Positions 14,190 through 28,288 of a stretch of 64,000 nucleotides of DNA are shown piece by piece. Origin of the DNA: Nemertoderma westbladi (Eukaryota > Animalia > Xenacoelomorpha); assembly GCA_032718475.1 (NCBI GenBank), contig JAUCBJ010004612.1:23534-87533 (forward strand), given 5' to 3'. The translations under genes were made by a program, and so were the position numbers. The number at the start of each line of letters is the position of its first letter. The stretch's first letter is position 1. Under the pieces are notes generated by a model. The model saw only the letters and a program-made list of their open reading frames with translations, was not told the DNA's origin and made no database searches.

Positions 14190-15989
14190 TCTAAGACGCA
14201 GTTGAAATCTCCCGCCCATATAACGTTTACACTTTCGAAACAGTTTAACATTTCGTTTTTTATTTGTTTAATCAGAACACTAGAATCAATATTAAAGTTA
14301 TAAATATTTACAAGTGTCAGAATTGTACTATTTATATCGACATCTAGAATAATGAATCTTCCTGAAGGGTCAACGATTTTTTTAATTATTTTATATTGTA
14401 AATTTTCGTTAAAAAGGATCGCTACCCCAACACTTTGTGAACTTTTTTTGGTAAAAACGGTATGGCCCTTCCACTGCTTCGACCAGGCTTCGCAGTCTGA
14501 GTCGGAGCTGTGAGTTTCTTGGAGCAGGCAGATATCAAAATTTTTGGCAGTCAATTTGTCAAATACAACCTTTCTTTTGATATTTTTTTGTAACCCTCTA
14601 CAATTTAGAGATACAATATTAATAGGAGTATTCGCCATAATGAGTTTGTATTAGTTCATATCTTTTAAAGGAAAAAAAAAATTGGATAATTCTTTGAGTA
14701 ATTCGTTGAACATTTCGATACTTAAATTGCTGGTGTAGGAAAATATTGCCATCATTTTCTGCTGTTTCGAAATCTATTGCTGATAGTTTAATATTTAAAC
14801 CTTGCATGAAAAAAAGGATAAAAAAATAGTGTACATGTACAAATAAAGGGACGTAGACACTTGGGTCGAATGCAAACTTCACATCAAAAACATTTATGGC
14901 GCTGCTGCTGTACTGAAAATTCATATTGATTTTTGAGTATAGCGATATAACAATTATTGTGGAGAGATGGAGGAGTATTTTTATTGCATAGCAAAAAAAA
15001 GTATTTAAATTTAATACTAATACAATATGGAAGTTCAATAAAAAAATAAGAGGAAATGCAGAAATCGAGCTGTATTTGTCCACTATAATCATAATGGAGT
15101 TCAACCAGTTCGCTGCCGACAAAATTAATAGCCTTTGGTAGGATTATTTCCACACAAACAGTCGCACATTATTCTTTCGCAATGTGAAACAAAAAAAAAT
15201 GGAATAGACCACAAAAACAGCAACTCTGACTAAATACAAAAACGAAAAGAAAATAACTGAAAAATAACTGAGGCCTGCCATTTGCCAGTGCATAGAAAGC
15301 CAGTTCGTACTTGGATTCTGCATCAGATTTATGTATTCTACCTTCGGCTGCTAAATCTAACAATGAGATTAGTCCATTAACCTATTTCAAAAGTATTTGT
15401 AAATTCGGTAATTTAGACCAATCTAAATGGCAATATTCTTAAATGAGTATCAAGGGGTTGACCTACTCGAATTTAATATAAACTACTGTAGTAGCCACCA
15501 TCCCTTCCATTCATGCATCCGTTATGGTCGGTACTATAACCACCTCGATAGTATCTATTTCCATCGTGAGGATTGTATCCCCAATCGGAGGATTGTAACC
15601 CTCGTCCGTGCGGTGCATGCTGTCTCTGATATTGGTTTTGGGAGCCATCACGGGAACGGCCGAGACCTCGTTGTCTTTCTCGACTCGCTGCGAATCCTTC
15701 ACTTTCTCTGTGAATGTCGTCTCCTTCATGTGGTACTGAGCTCGGGATCTGTGGAACCTTTTGTCGAACCGTTTGATCTACCTCGTTGGATTTTGGGATG
15801 TTGAGCCATTCCATGCTTTCATTACTTATTTGATGCGGTATCTTTATGGCTGCAGGGATTGTTGGAAGCTTGGGATCCATCTGTGGAGAGAGCATTGAGC
15901 CATCCGATTTTCTTAGGAAAACAAAAGGGTAAAAGTTCTCGTTGATGTGAATTTTTGTTTCTTTGCATTGATCCGGATCCAAATTTTTT

Positions 15990-17222
15990 CGCATTTGAAC
16001 TAGTTCTTTTCGTAGAGGAAGGAGGCACTTGGGGAGATCACGGGTTGCTGTAACTTTGTGTGTTATTAATCAGATAGATTTTCTTATTACCAATTGCCTG
16101 TGACCACGCCATTACCTCATCCAACTGGATGAAACGAACGAATAGTGGGGCGTTTATCTTTCCGGAAATTCTGTGACAGTTGGCTACAATGGGTAGAGGA
16201 AGTTCGAGTCTTTCAGCTAAATGCGCGAGTGACGCTTTTGATTTTTCGTGACTTTCTCTTTGGTTTCCTTCGACTCCGAATATTATTAAGTTTCATTTAC
16301 AGAACCTAACCTCGTTGGATAGAATTTGTCTTCTAGTTTCCCGATTCTCGGCTTGATTGTGTTGAATTGAGGAAGCGAGTGCTTCGTTTGTCTCCTGAAT
16401 TGAATTGCTGTTGAAGTCGACAGACTCTATAACCTCATTGATTTCTTTTCGAAATTCCTTTTTTAGGGTCACTATCTGTTCCTTAATTTCGGAAGCCTGA
16501 AGTTTCATGTCACCTCGAAGCGTGTTCGTCTGGGTGTTCATTTGGGTACCCAAATTCCTAATTGGCGATTCTAGAGATTCCTCGCTCGATAGTTGTTTGT
16601 CGAGACTAGCAGGGTTTGTATAGGGAGGGTTTATAGGCTCTCTCAGCCCATCGGCACTGTCGGGGGGGGGGGGGGGGGGAAATCGCATCCTCTCCAAAGA
16701 CCTTATTGTGCTCGACATTCGCTAACGGGGTGGAGATTCCCTCGACGCTATCGTTATTGAGTTGTGGCTCGGAGACTTCTTGTTCCGTGTCACTCGCATG
16801 CGTTGTCGGATGGGAAGGGAGGAAGAAGGCGCCCAAAGGGCCACTGCCACCTTTAGTTTCCTTTTCACTTTTATTTTTCTGCTTATTTTTTTTTTTGCTG
16901 AGTGTGTCATTTTTGTTACTACCTTTTTAGAACCGTTCGGCGAGTTTACGTTTTCGATTCCCGACAGAATTACCGGAAGCTCTGGATTGACTTCATTAAC
17001 CATCAATGGAGCGAAGTTGAAATTTTTGAATGTACCGATTGTGAGTGGGACTTTTAACCCATGTTCGTTGGTCCGATTTTTTGCCTGAATGGAGGACTGG
17101 CTTAAGGGAGTGTCGCGAAAGGCTTGCAGAAGATTTAAACAATGATCAATTCTCCGTCGTTTTGCACGGGGGACGTTATCGGTTTCGGAGAATGACCGTT
17201 TCGTACTGAGATTGTTAGACAC
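15990..17222 (-). pseudogene. LINE ORF1 (coiled coil plus RRM-like), disrupted
   Basis: Heptad-rich 16293-16718 segment followed after a stop by NLIIFGVEG...CHRISGKINAPLFVRF, typical of L1/Tx1 ORF1 (NLxIxG, HR, PIIVRF-like). Confidence 0.65.
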
Positions 17223-17662
17223 TGAGTTTATTATCAGTGTCTCTTTGGAACCTTTTTCCCTTTGTCCCCTTCGGCACCGTATCTTTTTTTCCCTTGTTTT
17301 CAGAGTTAACTGAGCCTTCGGTTACTGGTTGTGTATTCATACGTGTGGCAGGAGAATAATTTTGAAATTACTTATCTGACTGGCAGCACTAGGCTGTAGC
17401 AGGCCTACTGTATTGTTACTGCTGTACTGCGTTAGCCTACCGGCAGTACAGCAGTCCTACCTGCTGTTTGATATTATATAATTTGTATTTATTCAAAAAA
17501 TTTAATGAAACTGTTATCACTATTATTATCTTACTAGAACTACTGACACTAAGGTGGAACAGCTAGGATATTTGCGCTTTGTTTGTGTTTTAGTTTTAGT
17601 AACTATAGCTACCCCTTTCTATTGTTAGTTTTGTTCTATAATGCAGCATTGGTTGATTGTCT

Positions 17663-17893
17663 TGATGATGATGATCGGCTTGCACTAGGGTGCAGTGCCG
17701 GCGGCCCCAGAAACATAGCGCCCCCAGATCTTGCGGTCAGCCATACAATTTCCTAATTCATTCCTGTTCTCAAGTCCTGTGTCCTTGAGCAGGCGTTTGA
17801 GGAAAGTCATAGGCTGTCCACCACATCTATTCTCGCCAGCAGGCTGCCACAGCACAAGGTTGTGTACAGGTTGATCCTGCCGGCGGAAGCAGG
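17663..17893 (-). mobile_element. 5'-truncated RTE/RTE-X-like LINE fragment
   Basis: Translates CFRRQDQPVHNLVLWQPAGENRCGGQPMTFLKRLLKDTGL...ELGNCMADRKIW...stop, followed by a short (TCA)4 tail. Confidence 0.65.
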
Positions 17894-18456
17894 TTTGCCT
17901 TAGCAGCCGGTGATGTAATATTTGTATGGAAAAATGGAGTCTTCATTTATAATATAGGGTGGTTCTATGGTGGGTTCAGGGTCATCACTCGCTCGGTGTC
18001 CTGGTTGTGCATCATGGGCATTTTTTCATAAATATTTGGTAATCTTATATCTTGTAAACATGCTTATTTGCTTCATACTATATTTTTGTTAGTGGTAGCA
18101 AAGTTTAATTTTTTATTATGTGGGACAATCCACAAAGTCAGCTAGCCTCACGCCTTACAGTTTAGACAATTGTTTAGTTTAGGCCTACTTACTAGGCCTA
18201 CAGCTGACTGACATAGTGCATTGACTTGGCTAGGATTCTTCCCCCGGGCTCCTTCCAGCCAGCTTGCTGGCTTTCTAGTTAAGTAATAAAATACGAAATA
18301 TATTGCACTAATCTACTGAATATTTGCCGAAATTATTCTACTAAATACAATTAAATAAAACAATCATAATAATATAAATTCATAATAATGCGTACATAAA
18401 TAAATATAAAATAAAACAAATAAAAGAATAGAGTCACAAACCCACTCCAATAGCTG

Positions 18457-21400
18457 TTACGTTGTGGAGTCCCTAGATGTTTGTTGGATTATGGAGGTGG
18501 TCGTAGGTAGAGTCTCTTGTTTTCCATAGTTGCCGGACAACTCTCGGTCTCTTTCCAATAAACATAAATGACCAACCGGGCGATTAAGTTGCTGAGTTTC
18601 AAAAACAATTCCAGGTTTCTTGTAGTTACGTCGCATGACTACGAGTTCCACCGATCTCACTAAACCATCATCGGATATATGAGTCTCGATGATACGACCT
18701 GTCTGCCACCTCATACGGGGAAGATCGGATTCTACAATGAGGACCATGTCTCCGGCGCTGACATTTTCTTGCTGCGCAAGCCAGTTTGTTCGAAGCTGCA
18801 GTGTAGGAAGATAATATTTTTCGAAATTGTCAGCGAATCAATGGGATAATAACTGCATAAGTTGCCAAGTTTGTCGGCAGTATTCGTCTCCGTCCATTAT
18901 TTCCTGCATGGCTACAGGTTTCTTTAGTAGGAAATGCGCGGGTGTTAGCGCTTCTAGGGAGTCTGGACTCGATGAGACTGGCATAAGAGGTCTCTCGTTG
19001 AGATAGACGGCTATTACCTCCATTAACGTCCGCAAAAGTTCGTTGGTAAGATACGCGTGGCACGGCACTACAAAGTGAAATGCGGTATTCACGCTACGTA
19101 TGAGTCTCTCCCAACTTCCTCCCCACCAAGGGATGTCGGCGGCGTTGAAGGTCCAGCTAGATGCTGTTACTCTCAGCTGATCGTCCACCTGTCTTTGGTT
19201 CTAATCGTTTACGTAAGCTTTGATCTCGTTGTTGGCTCCAATGAAATTAGTACCTTTGTCAGATCTCATAGTGTTGCTAGTCGCAAAATGAGCGATTTGT
19301 TGGCGTAAACTCAGTATGAAGCTGTTGGTAGATAGATCGTTCACCATATCAAGATGGATCGCTCTACAAGTCATACAAACAACGATGACGCACCATCGCT
19401 TGACTATAGTCCTAGCGCGATACACTTCAATAGGGCCAAATAAATCCACACCGGTATTGGTAAAGGGTGGTTCATAACAGCTTACTCGTTCCCTAGGTAA
19501 TTCTGTCTCTCGCTGTGTTAAAGGCCGACTAAATGCTTTCCTACATGGTATATAGTTCCTAAGAACTTGGTTTAGTGCTCTATTATGGGGCTTATGGAAA
19601 TAATAGCGAGTTCGAATTTCGCTAAGAACTCGTTCTCTTCCAGCATGGTAAAGCTTACTGTGAACATCTACAATCATCTTGATTTGTATTTCAAGATTTC
19701 TAATTAGTATGGGAAAAACTTAGTGTCAAAGGTCAATAGAGCATTAGTTAATCTCCCTCCGACACGTATTAGCCCATCTATCATTGTGCTAGAAAAAGAA
19801 TCCCTTAAGCGCATCTGTGGATTTCTCAACAACAGGAAATACTTTTCGGAATTCTCATAACATTGCAGGAGTCTCAATATTTGCTTGTTGGTCTCGTCAT
19901 GTTCTTGGTAACTGATCTAATGAGTTAGGAACTTATTAGGTAGCCAATAAGTGGGAAGGTCTTTGGTAGCATGGACCCTTTCAGCTACTTCCGAAGTGGC
20001 GTCATTAGCGATCTTCATCCTGGAATAGTGATGATGGAAACATCGCTTTAAATATACAATGGCTTTACAAAGCCGATTCCAGGAGCTATAATGAGCCATC
20101 ACTCTCTGGATGAGAGGATAGAGTCCCTTTGAGACGTCTGGTGTTCCAGATTTCCAATCTCTTTCCCTTATTTCAATGATGGATTTATTAGGGGTGCGAG
20201 TAACGTCTATGGATTTTGGTTGATTAGGATCCACAGTGGGGTCACCGGCAGTATGTAGCACAGACAGATCAATCGCTGGCTTGAACAGTTTGGATTTACT
20301 CGTCAGGCTTTTTGGTTTGACCTTTTCCACTCCCTTGGCTTGTCTGATATCAGCCATGGTGAGATGAGGGAGCCATTCCTCCTCTTCTTTACTTAGGAAG
20401 TCGGGGCCACCTAACCAATCTGGAGTATCTGTCAGTTCTTGAGGAGTTGCTCCTCTGGAAGCGATATCGGCTGGGTTAATCGTCCCGGGGCAATGTCTCC
20501 ATTGATCTATATTAATGCGAGTGAGTAAAGTGGCTACTCGGTTGGTAACAAAGATGCTGAACTGACAGGCTTCATTAGTGATATATTCCAGAACAAGTAA
20601 TGCATCAGTCCAATAAACAGTTTTCTCTAGTGGATATTCGATCTGTTCAGTTACATTCCGGCCGATGGCTGTAGTGTATAGTGCCGCTTTTAACTCCGCT
20701 CTGGGGACCCTCAGTTTGTTGCTTATTAGGGCCTTGGAGGTGGCTAATTAAACTTTAATTCCATCGGGACTTTAAACCCTCAGGTAGGCTACTATACCTA
20801 TTCCGATATCGCTGCCGTCTCCAAAAACATGGAGTTGATAGGAATACGTGGGGAGAACATGACCGAAATACGAGCGGGAAATCTTAAAGTTCTCGATAGA
20901 TGGTAAAGAATCCTCCCACTTCATCCACTTCTTTAGCAGTTCTCCCTGGAGTGGATCATCCCAAGAGTGGTTTTCGAGCCACATTTGTTGCACCAGACCC
21001 CGAGCAACTAGGATTACAGGACTAATAAATAAATCCCAATGGGTCGAAATAGGTGCTCAGAATACTTAGGCAAATCTGTTTAGTTCAAACGGGGTTTTCG
21101 CGTTGTTTCAGTTGGAAAAATAAAATGTCTCTCTCCGTGTCCCATTTCAGTCCAAGGGTTTTAGTTTCGGGGAGATCGTCCTTAATGAGGTCAAGATCTT
21201 TAACACTTCGGTCTTCCACTCTGATCGATTCCAGGAATTCACGGGAGTTACTAGTGAATTTGGTTAGACGAAATCCACCTTGTTGTAGGCACTCTACCAT
21301 TCCCTTGGCAACATCGATTGCTTCTTCTACTGATGGGAGGGACTTTAGGTTGTCATCCATGTAAATATCCCGTTTGATGTTGTCGATAACCGCTTTAGAG

Positions 21401-22912
21401 AAGGCATCTCTATTATCATCGGCAGTGGTGCGCACTACCGAACAAGCGTTCGAGGGGCTAGATATGATCTCGAAAGCCTGGATGGTCATCCAGTACTCCA
21501 CCGGTTCTCGGTTGAGGTTTCCTTCCTGCCACCACAGAAATCGTAGGCTATCACAATACCTAGGTAACGCTTTAACTTGTAGAAACATGCCTTCATTGTT
21601 AGAGGCGAAGGCGATAGAATATTGCCAGAGTCATAATAATATCCCCAATAAAGGTCCCGGCAACAGTTCAGAATTTAGGGAATGTCCCATATAAAGGGCG
21701 GAGCCGTCGAATACTACCCGGACTTCATCTGGTTTACCGGGCTTAGGAACGTAATGATGTGTCAAGTAATACGTTCTTTCCGTTTTGTGTGTTTCCTCCG
21801 GAACTCGCTCCGCGTATCCTTTATCGATAAATTTCTTTAATTGCGTCTTATACATCTCTTTGGCTCGATCGTTAGATGATAAGCGCCAATGCAGTTGTTC
21901 GATTCTTTTGATGGCTAAAGGTCGGTTATTAACAAAGCTGGGTTCCCTCCGCCTAAAGGGAAGACCAATCTTGTAATGACCCTCCTCCTTAATATAACGA
22001 ATAGTCGTTACCTGAATTTGTTTGGCCCTCTCTTCCTCGACTGATGACGCTTTATCGTAGGAATTAGGCTCTACAGCTTCCTGGGTAAAGAATCACACTG
22101 CTTGTTCATCACGTAACTTATTGTTGTATTGCTCTACTACCTCATTAAGTTCGTTGTCGCCATAAGTCAGTATTTAGTTCGTTATTTTGACATATAACAT
22201 TATACAGATTTAATTGATTGGTCCAAGTTTGATTCTCTGTGAGGAGTTCGATGGTGTTATCCTTGTCGTATAGGGTCTGGATATCATCGTTGTCTGAGGA
22301 GCATGAATTTCCCTCAGCTAGGATTTCCTCGTCTTTCACGGTTTCCACACACTCCGTTACCTGTGGACTTGCTCACTTTCTAATCTTTCTTTCAAAAGTG
22401 AAATACCAAGCTACTCTAGTTCTTCCCGCATAAGTTTGCAATGGTAGCGGTGGAGCAGGCAGTTTCTCAATGGTTTCTAGCACTTCGTGCGCATTCTGAC
22501 AGAGCAGTATTTGTACCCCTGGGTAATCTGTTTTAAATCTGGGGACGTTGTATTGTTGGGCAAAGTTGTCCTCGTCCCAGTTGTAAGGCTCTACTTGACT
22601 AGCAGCAAAGTTTTTTATTGCCACCATTTTAACTAACCTTATACTGTCCTCGCCTGATTCGTCCTGGGGAGTCGACAACGATCCTATGTAGAAATCCGTG
22701 GATAGAGTAGATTTCCATACCTGCATAATCCCGGATAGATTCAGTTTGGTTTGGAATCTTTTTTGACCAGCTAATATATCCTCGGCCAGATCTTTATCTA
22801 TAAAGCCTGTACTACCTGAATCAAGGAGGGCATTGACTATAAGGCTCTTACCTTGTCCATGTACTCTAAGCTGCACCACTGGGAACTCTCTGATGCCGAC
22901 AGATGGTTGCAA
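18457..22912 (-). pseudogene. pol: BEL/Pao pol (protease, RT, RNase H, integrase, DUF5641-type C-terminus), many stops and frameshifts
   Basis: ALLDSGS; VRVVFDGS and YMDD; LHVFGDGS; GVDLFGP, SDKGTNF, WWGGSWERL; WQTGRIIETHISDDGLVRSV. Confidence 0.93.
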
Positions 22913-24031
22913 AACCTTCCATGAGGGCTGTCGATCCGGAATGGGTAGTTGGGATTCCTCTCCATCAGTCGCTGCCTCATAAGTAAGGGCTCAATATACG
23001 GCTGTGATCATATAACAGGATTCATTTTCATCAGAAAACTCATCCGTATGGAATCCTTCCATCTCCGAACTCTGGTCTGTACCGCTCCCATCACTGAACT
23101 GTACATGCAGTTCTGGTTCACTTACCTTATCGAACTCAGTGTGCAGTAGGATGTGATGTTTCGCTCCACACTTAGCACACCTCACGTCTGAGTAACAGCT
23201 TTTTCTTTGATGTCCTCTTCTGAGGCAATTGTAACATAACCTTTCATCCCACTACGCCCACTATCACACACTACGTCTATCCTTTAATTCTTTCCTTAAG
23301 AATTCCTCACAACCACTCAAGCGATGGGGCCCTTCGCACAATACACACTTAGGTTTCATGTTACTTACCTTAACTTGCATGGTGTTTTGTACGCTAACTC
23401 TTTCTTCGGGCTTCCTACCAGGAATTCTCTTGGGAGACGTAGGAGGAGTTCTGAGTTGTTCTCCCTTGCTACTAGTTCGAAACTTGGGTTTATTTATGTC
23501 CTTACCTTTACTCGTATAATAAGTTCTTTCGGTGCCTTTGCCACTATCTTTGTCATAAGACATTTGACTCTCATAATTGGTATAACACACTGGTGTTATC
23601 TTTCTCCTAGTAACAGGTTTCTCACTTGCCTTGGTTTCCGGAGTCTTTTCTCTAGACTGTTTTATTAGCTGTAATCTTACCTCTCCGTTTAAGAACGACA
23701 TAAGGTCCTCCATGGTTGGATCTCTCTGCTGTTGGTCCATCAAGTATAGAACCTTTTTGTCCCAACAAGTACCTACTCCACCCTTTGGCAAAGTTGACAC
23801 TACGGCTCCTACAACCATAGAACTTTGGTATTCATGAGACGTACCCAACCAGTCTAACTGTCTACAGATCTCCTGAATCTCATCGGAAAACTCTATAATC
23901 CCATTGCAGGAAACTTCCTGGGCGCTATTGCTAGGAAACTTCCTGGGCGCTACTAATTTCGCATACAGATATCTAGCTATGTTAGTCCTATTATCACACC
24001 TGATGTTAAGTGTATCCCAGACTTGTCTTAA

Positions 24032-25575
24032 CCCTATTAGTACCGGGCTATAAAATGTTGTACAAATACCGGGGGGGGGGGGGGGGGGGTCATATTGACC
24101 CCCCCCCCCTCTAAATTCTACAAATATTTACGAAAACGTCTGATTTTTTGTTTGTACGTAGGTATCACTTGTCTCGATCCGACCGAAAAAAATGTACTGG
24201 GGTGGTTATATTGCAGCACCAAAATTACAAGTAGTGCAAAATTTGAAAGTTACATTTTCGGCTAATTATTTTTCAATACAGGTTTTCTGGGGTGCAAAAT
24301 ACATTGGAAAATATTTAAAAATGATATGATTACTATAAATGGCTGTTTAGTCCTCTCTGCGTAGGAAAAAATGAAAAAAACAAGTAACCAGCACTTTTCA
24401 GTTAGAACACAAAATTTTTAATTCACTTATACGATGCTATAAATTCACATTTTCAGGTTTTCGAGGGCGCTGATTCTAATGGAATATATTTCTAATATGC
24501 CAGATCATTGCTACTTGTATTTTTCGGCGCAATTTGGCAATTTTTGGTGCTAGGGCCAAATTTCGTACCCATCACCAAAAAGTACAAGTTTGCGATGTCC
24601 AGTGCTTTTTTTATGGATTCCATCGGATTCAGGACCCTCATAAACACGTATAACGCAAGAAACAAGGTGATACTATCTCCTGATCAATTTGCATATTTTC
24701 CAAAATTTGGTGCTGGCACAACAATTTTCACCCACTGGCGAAAAATACAAGTTTGAGAACTCTTATGAAATTTTTACTGATTCCATTGAATTCAGAACCA
24801 TCACAAACCCGTATAACGCAAGAAACAAGGTGACACAATCAATTGATATATTTGATGGTTTTCAAAATTTGGTGCTAGCACCACATTTTGCACCCATATC
24901 CGAAAAATACAAGTTTGAGATGTCTAGTTCGATAATTATATATTCCATTGAATTCAGAACAGCCATAAACCTCTAAAACGCAAGAAATAAATTGTCACAA
25001 GCAATTTTATCTATTGAATGAATTTTCAAAATTTTGTGCTAGCACCAAAATTTGCACACAGCACCGAAAAATACAAATTTGATACGCTTGGTGCAACTCG
25101 TATATATTTCATCGAATCCAAAACCCCAAAAAACCTCAATTGCGTAAAAAACAAGTTTCAAACAATCAATTTACAAAATTGACATAATTCAAAATTTGGT
25201 GCTGGCACCAAAATTAGGCACCCACCGAAAAAAACAAGTTTGGAATTTCTAAATCAATTTATATGAATTCCATCCAATTTCTAACACCAAAAAACCGGTG
25301 TAAATCAAAAATAGAGATGTTACAATTCATATTTAATGAAATGTAATTTTCAAAAAACGTCTCAAAAAAAGTGCCAAAAGTAGGGTTAAAATATGGTGCT
25401 ATAACTCGAAAAGTACCCAATATTTTTGAAAACGGTTTTCACTACTAGGAAGACAATAGATTTTTAGGAAAAGTCATAAAATTTCAGATTCCCAACTGCG
25501 TTTGTTTCAGAATTATAATAAAAAAACCACGGGGGGGGGGTCATATTGACCCCCCCCCCCCCGGGTTTAATAGGG
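24032..25575 (+). mobile_element. full-length TTAA-target MITE copy B (piggyBac-like, non-autonomous)
   Basis: TTAA at 24028-24031 and 25576-25579; termini CCCTATTA...TAATAGGG; subterminal Gn-TCATATTGA-Cn hairpins. Confidence 0.93.
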
Positions 25576-26729
25576 TTAATCCGTCAGGATTTCCAATAAA
25601 CTTTAACGCCATTAACTTGGGAGGACCCTCCAAGCACTCGATGAGGAATCGTAGTTTCTCTCCATTATTGGATAGTACAGAGTTTTGTATATTATCTTTG
25701 TAATATTCATTAAAAGGTAACCATTTCATCTCATCTCCATTAAACTTGACAACCTCTCCCACCTTTACAGCTTGACGAGCTTCCGTGCTAGCCATCTGAC
25801 GCGTGAAACTCTTTAGAGCCATCGTATTATTTAATATTGAATTATCGGTATATAAATTTCTCGGATTATTATCAGATCGGTATGGGATATCATTATCAAC
25901 AGGTTTATTAATAGGGTTTACTATAGGAGTTTCTACTTCACTAGCAGTATAGATGCGTGTAGGCTCCATCTCCATACCTTGCGCATGAGATACTTCAGGC
26001 CTAAAGGGCTGACACACTGTTACAGGGGGTGGTGGTATACCCATTTATATATTGACTAATTTATCGCGTTCGATAGCGATGTGTTGCTGCACTTCTTGCA
26101 ACTCTATTTTACTGTCTTGTACTGTTTCCTTTAATAATTGAACAGTTCCTTCTAAATCTCGGACTTGTTCAGTAGATTTAGCCATGGTTTGGGCTAATTG
26201 TCCGAGTAACTCTTTTAACTCCTGCCACCCTTCCTCCATCTACTCTACCGCTGGGGTAACTGGATGGCATATGGGGGCCACAGGGGATATTCCTTTTAGG
26301 AATAAATTTTTCTCGGTATTAATACCAGTCTGAGACTCTGGTAGTTGTCTACTGACCAAGGGAAGTTTGGTACTGTATAAAGGGAATTCAGAGTTGAGTT
26401 CAGGCAGCAAAAGGGTCTCTCTCCATTAAAGGAGTAGCTTTGATAGCAGGCCTAATTATTTCTGGCTCATCTACTATAGTAGGGAGTCTATCTGCTCGTA
26501 TAACTTGAGTTATTGATTCTCTATCTCTTAAGTCTACATTAGCTAATTCCCTTCTCATCGGGGGGGGTTATGTAACTTATGTCCTTTGGGCGCTCTTCTA
26601 CGTCCGTTTGAATGGGATTTGTTACTTCTATACTCGGAATTAGTGGTAGTACCTTCGTCCGAGGAAGTAAATCCATGTCTTCTAGGAGTAGATCGACTTA
26701 GGAGTTGCATCTGAGTCGCTGCCCTTTAA

Positions 26730-28288
26730 CCCTATTAGTACCGGGCTATAAAATGTTGTACAAATACCGGGGGGGGGGGGGGTCATATTGACCCCCCCCC
26801 CCTCTAAAATCTACAAATATTTACGAAAACGTCTGATTTTTTGTTGGTACGTAGGTATCACTTGTCTGGATCCGACCGAAAAAAAAATTTTCGAAAAAAT
26901 GTACTGGGGTGGTTATATTGCAGCACCAAAATTACAAGTAGTGCACAATTTTCACAAAATTTGAAAGTTACATTTTCGGCTAAATATTTTTAATACAGGT
27001 TTTCTGGGGTGCAAAATACATTGGAAAATATTAAAAAATGATATGATTACTATAAATGGCTGTTTAGTCCTCACTGCGTAGGAAAAAAATGAAAAAAACA
27101 AGTAACCAGCACTTTTCAGTTAGAACACAAAATTTTTAATTCACTTATACGATGCTATAAATTCACATTTTCAGGTTTTCGAGGGCGCTGATTCTAATGG
27201 AATACATTTCTAATATGCCAGATGATTGCTACTTGTTTTTTTCGGCGTAATTTGGCAAATTTTGGTGCTAGCACCAAATTTCGTACCCATCACCAAAAAG
27301 TACAAGTTTGCGATGTCCAGTGCTGTTTTTATTGATTCCATCGGATTCAGGACCCTCATAAACCCGTATAACGCAAGAAACAAGGCGATACTATCTGCTT
27401 ATCAATTTGCATATTTTCCAAAATTTGGTGCTGGCACAACAATTTTCACCCACCGGCGAAAAATACAAGTTTGAGAACTCTTATGAAATTTTTACTGATT
27501 CCATTGAATTCAGAACCATCACAAACCCGTATAACGCAAGAAACAAGGTGACACAATCAATTGATATATTTGATGGTTTTCAAAATTTGGTGCTAGCACC
27601 ACATTTTGCACCCACATCCGAAAAATACAAGTTTGAGATGTCCAGTTCGATAATTATATTTTCCATTGAATTCAGAACAGCCATAAACCTCTACACCGCA
27701 AGAAATAAATTGTCACAAGCAATTTTATCTATTGAATGGATTTTCAAAATTTCGTGCTAGCACCAAAATTTGCACACAGCACCGAAAAATACAAGTTTGA
27801 TACGCTTGGTGCAACTCGTATATATTTCATCGAATCCAGAACCCCAAAAAACCCCAATTACGTAAAAAACAAGTTTCAAACAATCAATTTACAAAATTGA
27901 CTTATTTCAAAATTTGGTGCTGGCACCAAAATTTGGCACCCACCGAAAAAAACAAGTTTGAAATTTCTAAATCAATTTATATGAATTCCATCCAATTTCT
28001 AACACCAAAAAACCGGTGTAAATCAAAAATAGAGATGTTACAATTAATATTTAATGAAATGTATTTTTCAAAAAACGTCTCAAAAAAAGTGCCAAAAGTA
28101 GGGTTAAAAAATGGTGCTATAACTCGAAAAGTACCCAATATTTTTGAAAACGGTTTTCACTACTAGGAAGACAATAGATTTTTAGGAAAAGTCATAAAAT
28201 TTCAGATTCCCAACTGCGTTTGTTTCAGAATTATAATAAAAAAACCACGGGAGGGGTCATATTGACCCCCCCCCCGGGTTTAATAGGG
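26730..28288 (+). mobile_element. full-length TTAA-target MITE copy C
   Basis: TTAA at 26726-26729 and 28289-28292; same termini and near-identical body to copy B. Confidence 0.93.

Larger units (their letters stand above)
7880..14638 (-). pseudogene. LINE ORF2 (APE endonuclease - reverse transcriptase - zf-RVT), frameshifted and split by a 3-kb insert
   Basis: SLNCRGL, LQETH, GDFNCVLD|PTKDKFGG, SDHSAV, GPGFWKHN, RPITLLNTDYKI, DFQKAFDSV, GVRQGCPLS, CSFCKTLEETYLHLFWEC. Confidence 0.92.
7380..17300 (-). mobile_element. L1/Tx1-clade non-LTR retrotransposon, near full length, decayed (ends approximate)
   Basis: ORF1-like coiled coil/RRM region, then ORF2 with APE endonuclease, RT and C-terminal zinc finger. 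A-rich tract near 7365-7390. TSD not identified. Confidence 0.85.

Noticed and set aside
14619-15363. Hydrophobic ORFs between LINE ORF1 and ORF2 as a membrane protein
   Set aside because: T-rich spacer yields Phe/Ile/Leu-rich frames by composition. They have non-ATG starts and no motif.
24508-24976. Recurrent ORFs MLLVFF... and MHIFQNL... (also near 3.9, 27.3, 36.4 and 56.6 kb) as a gene family
   Set aside because: They recur only because they lie in MITE copies. Stops and lengths vary between copies and there is no protein motif.
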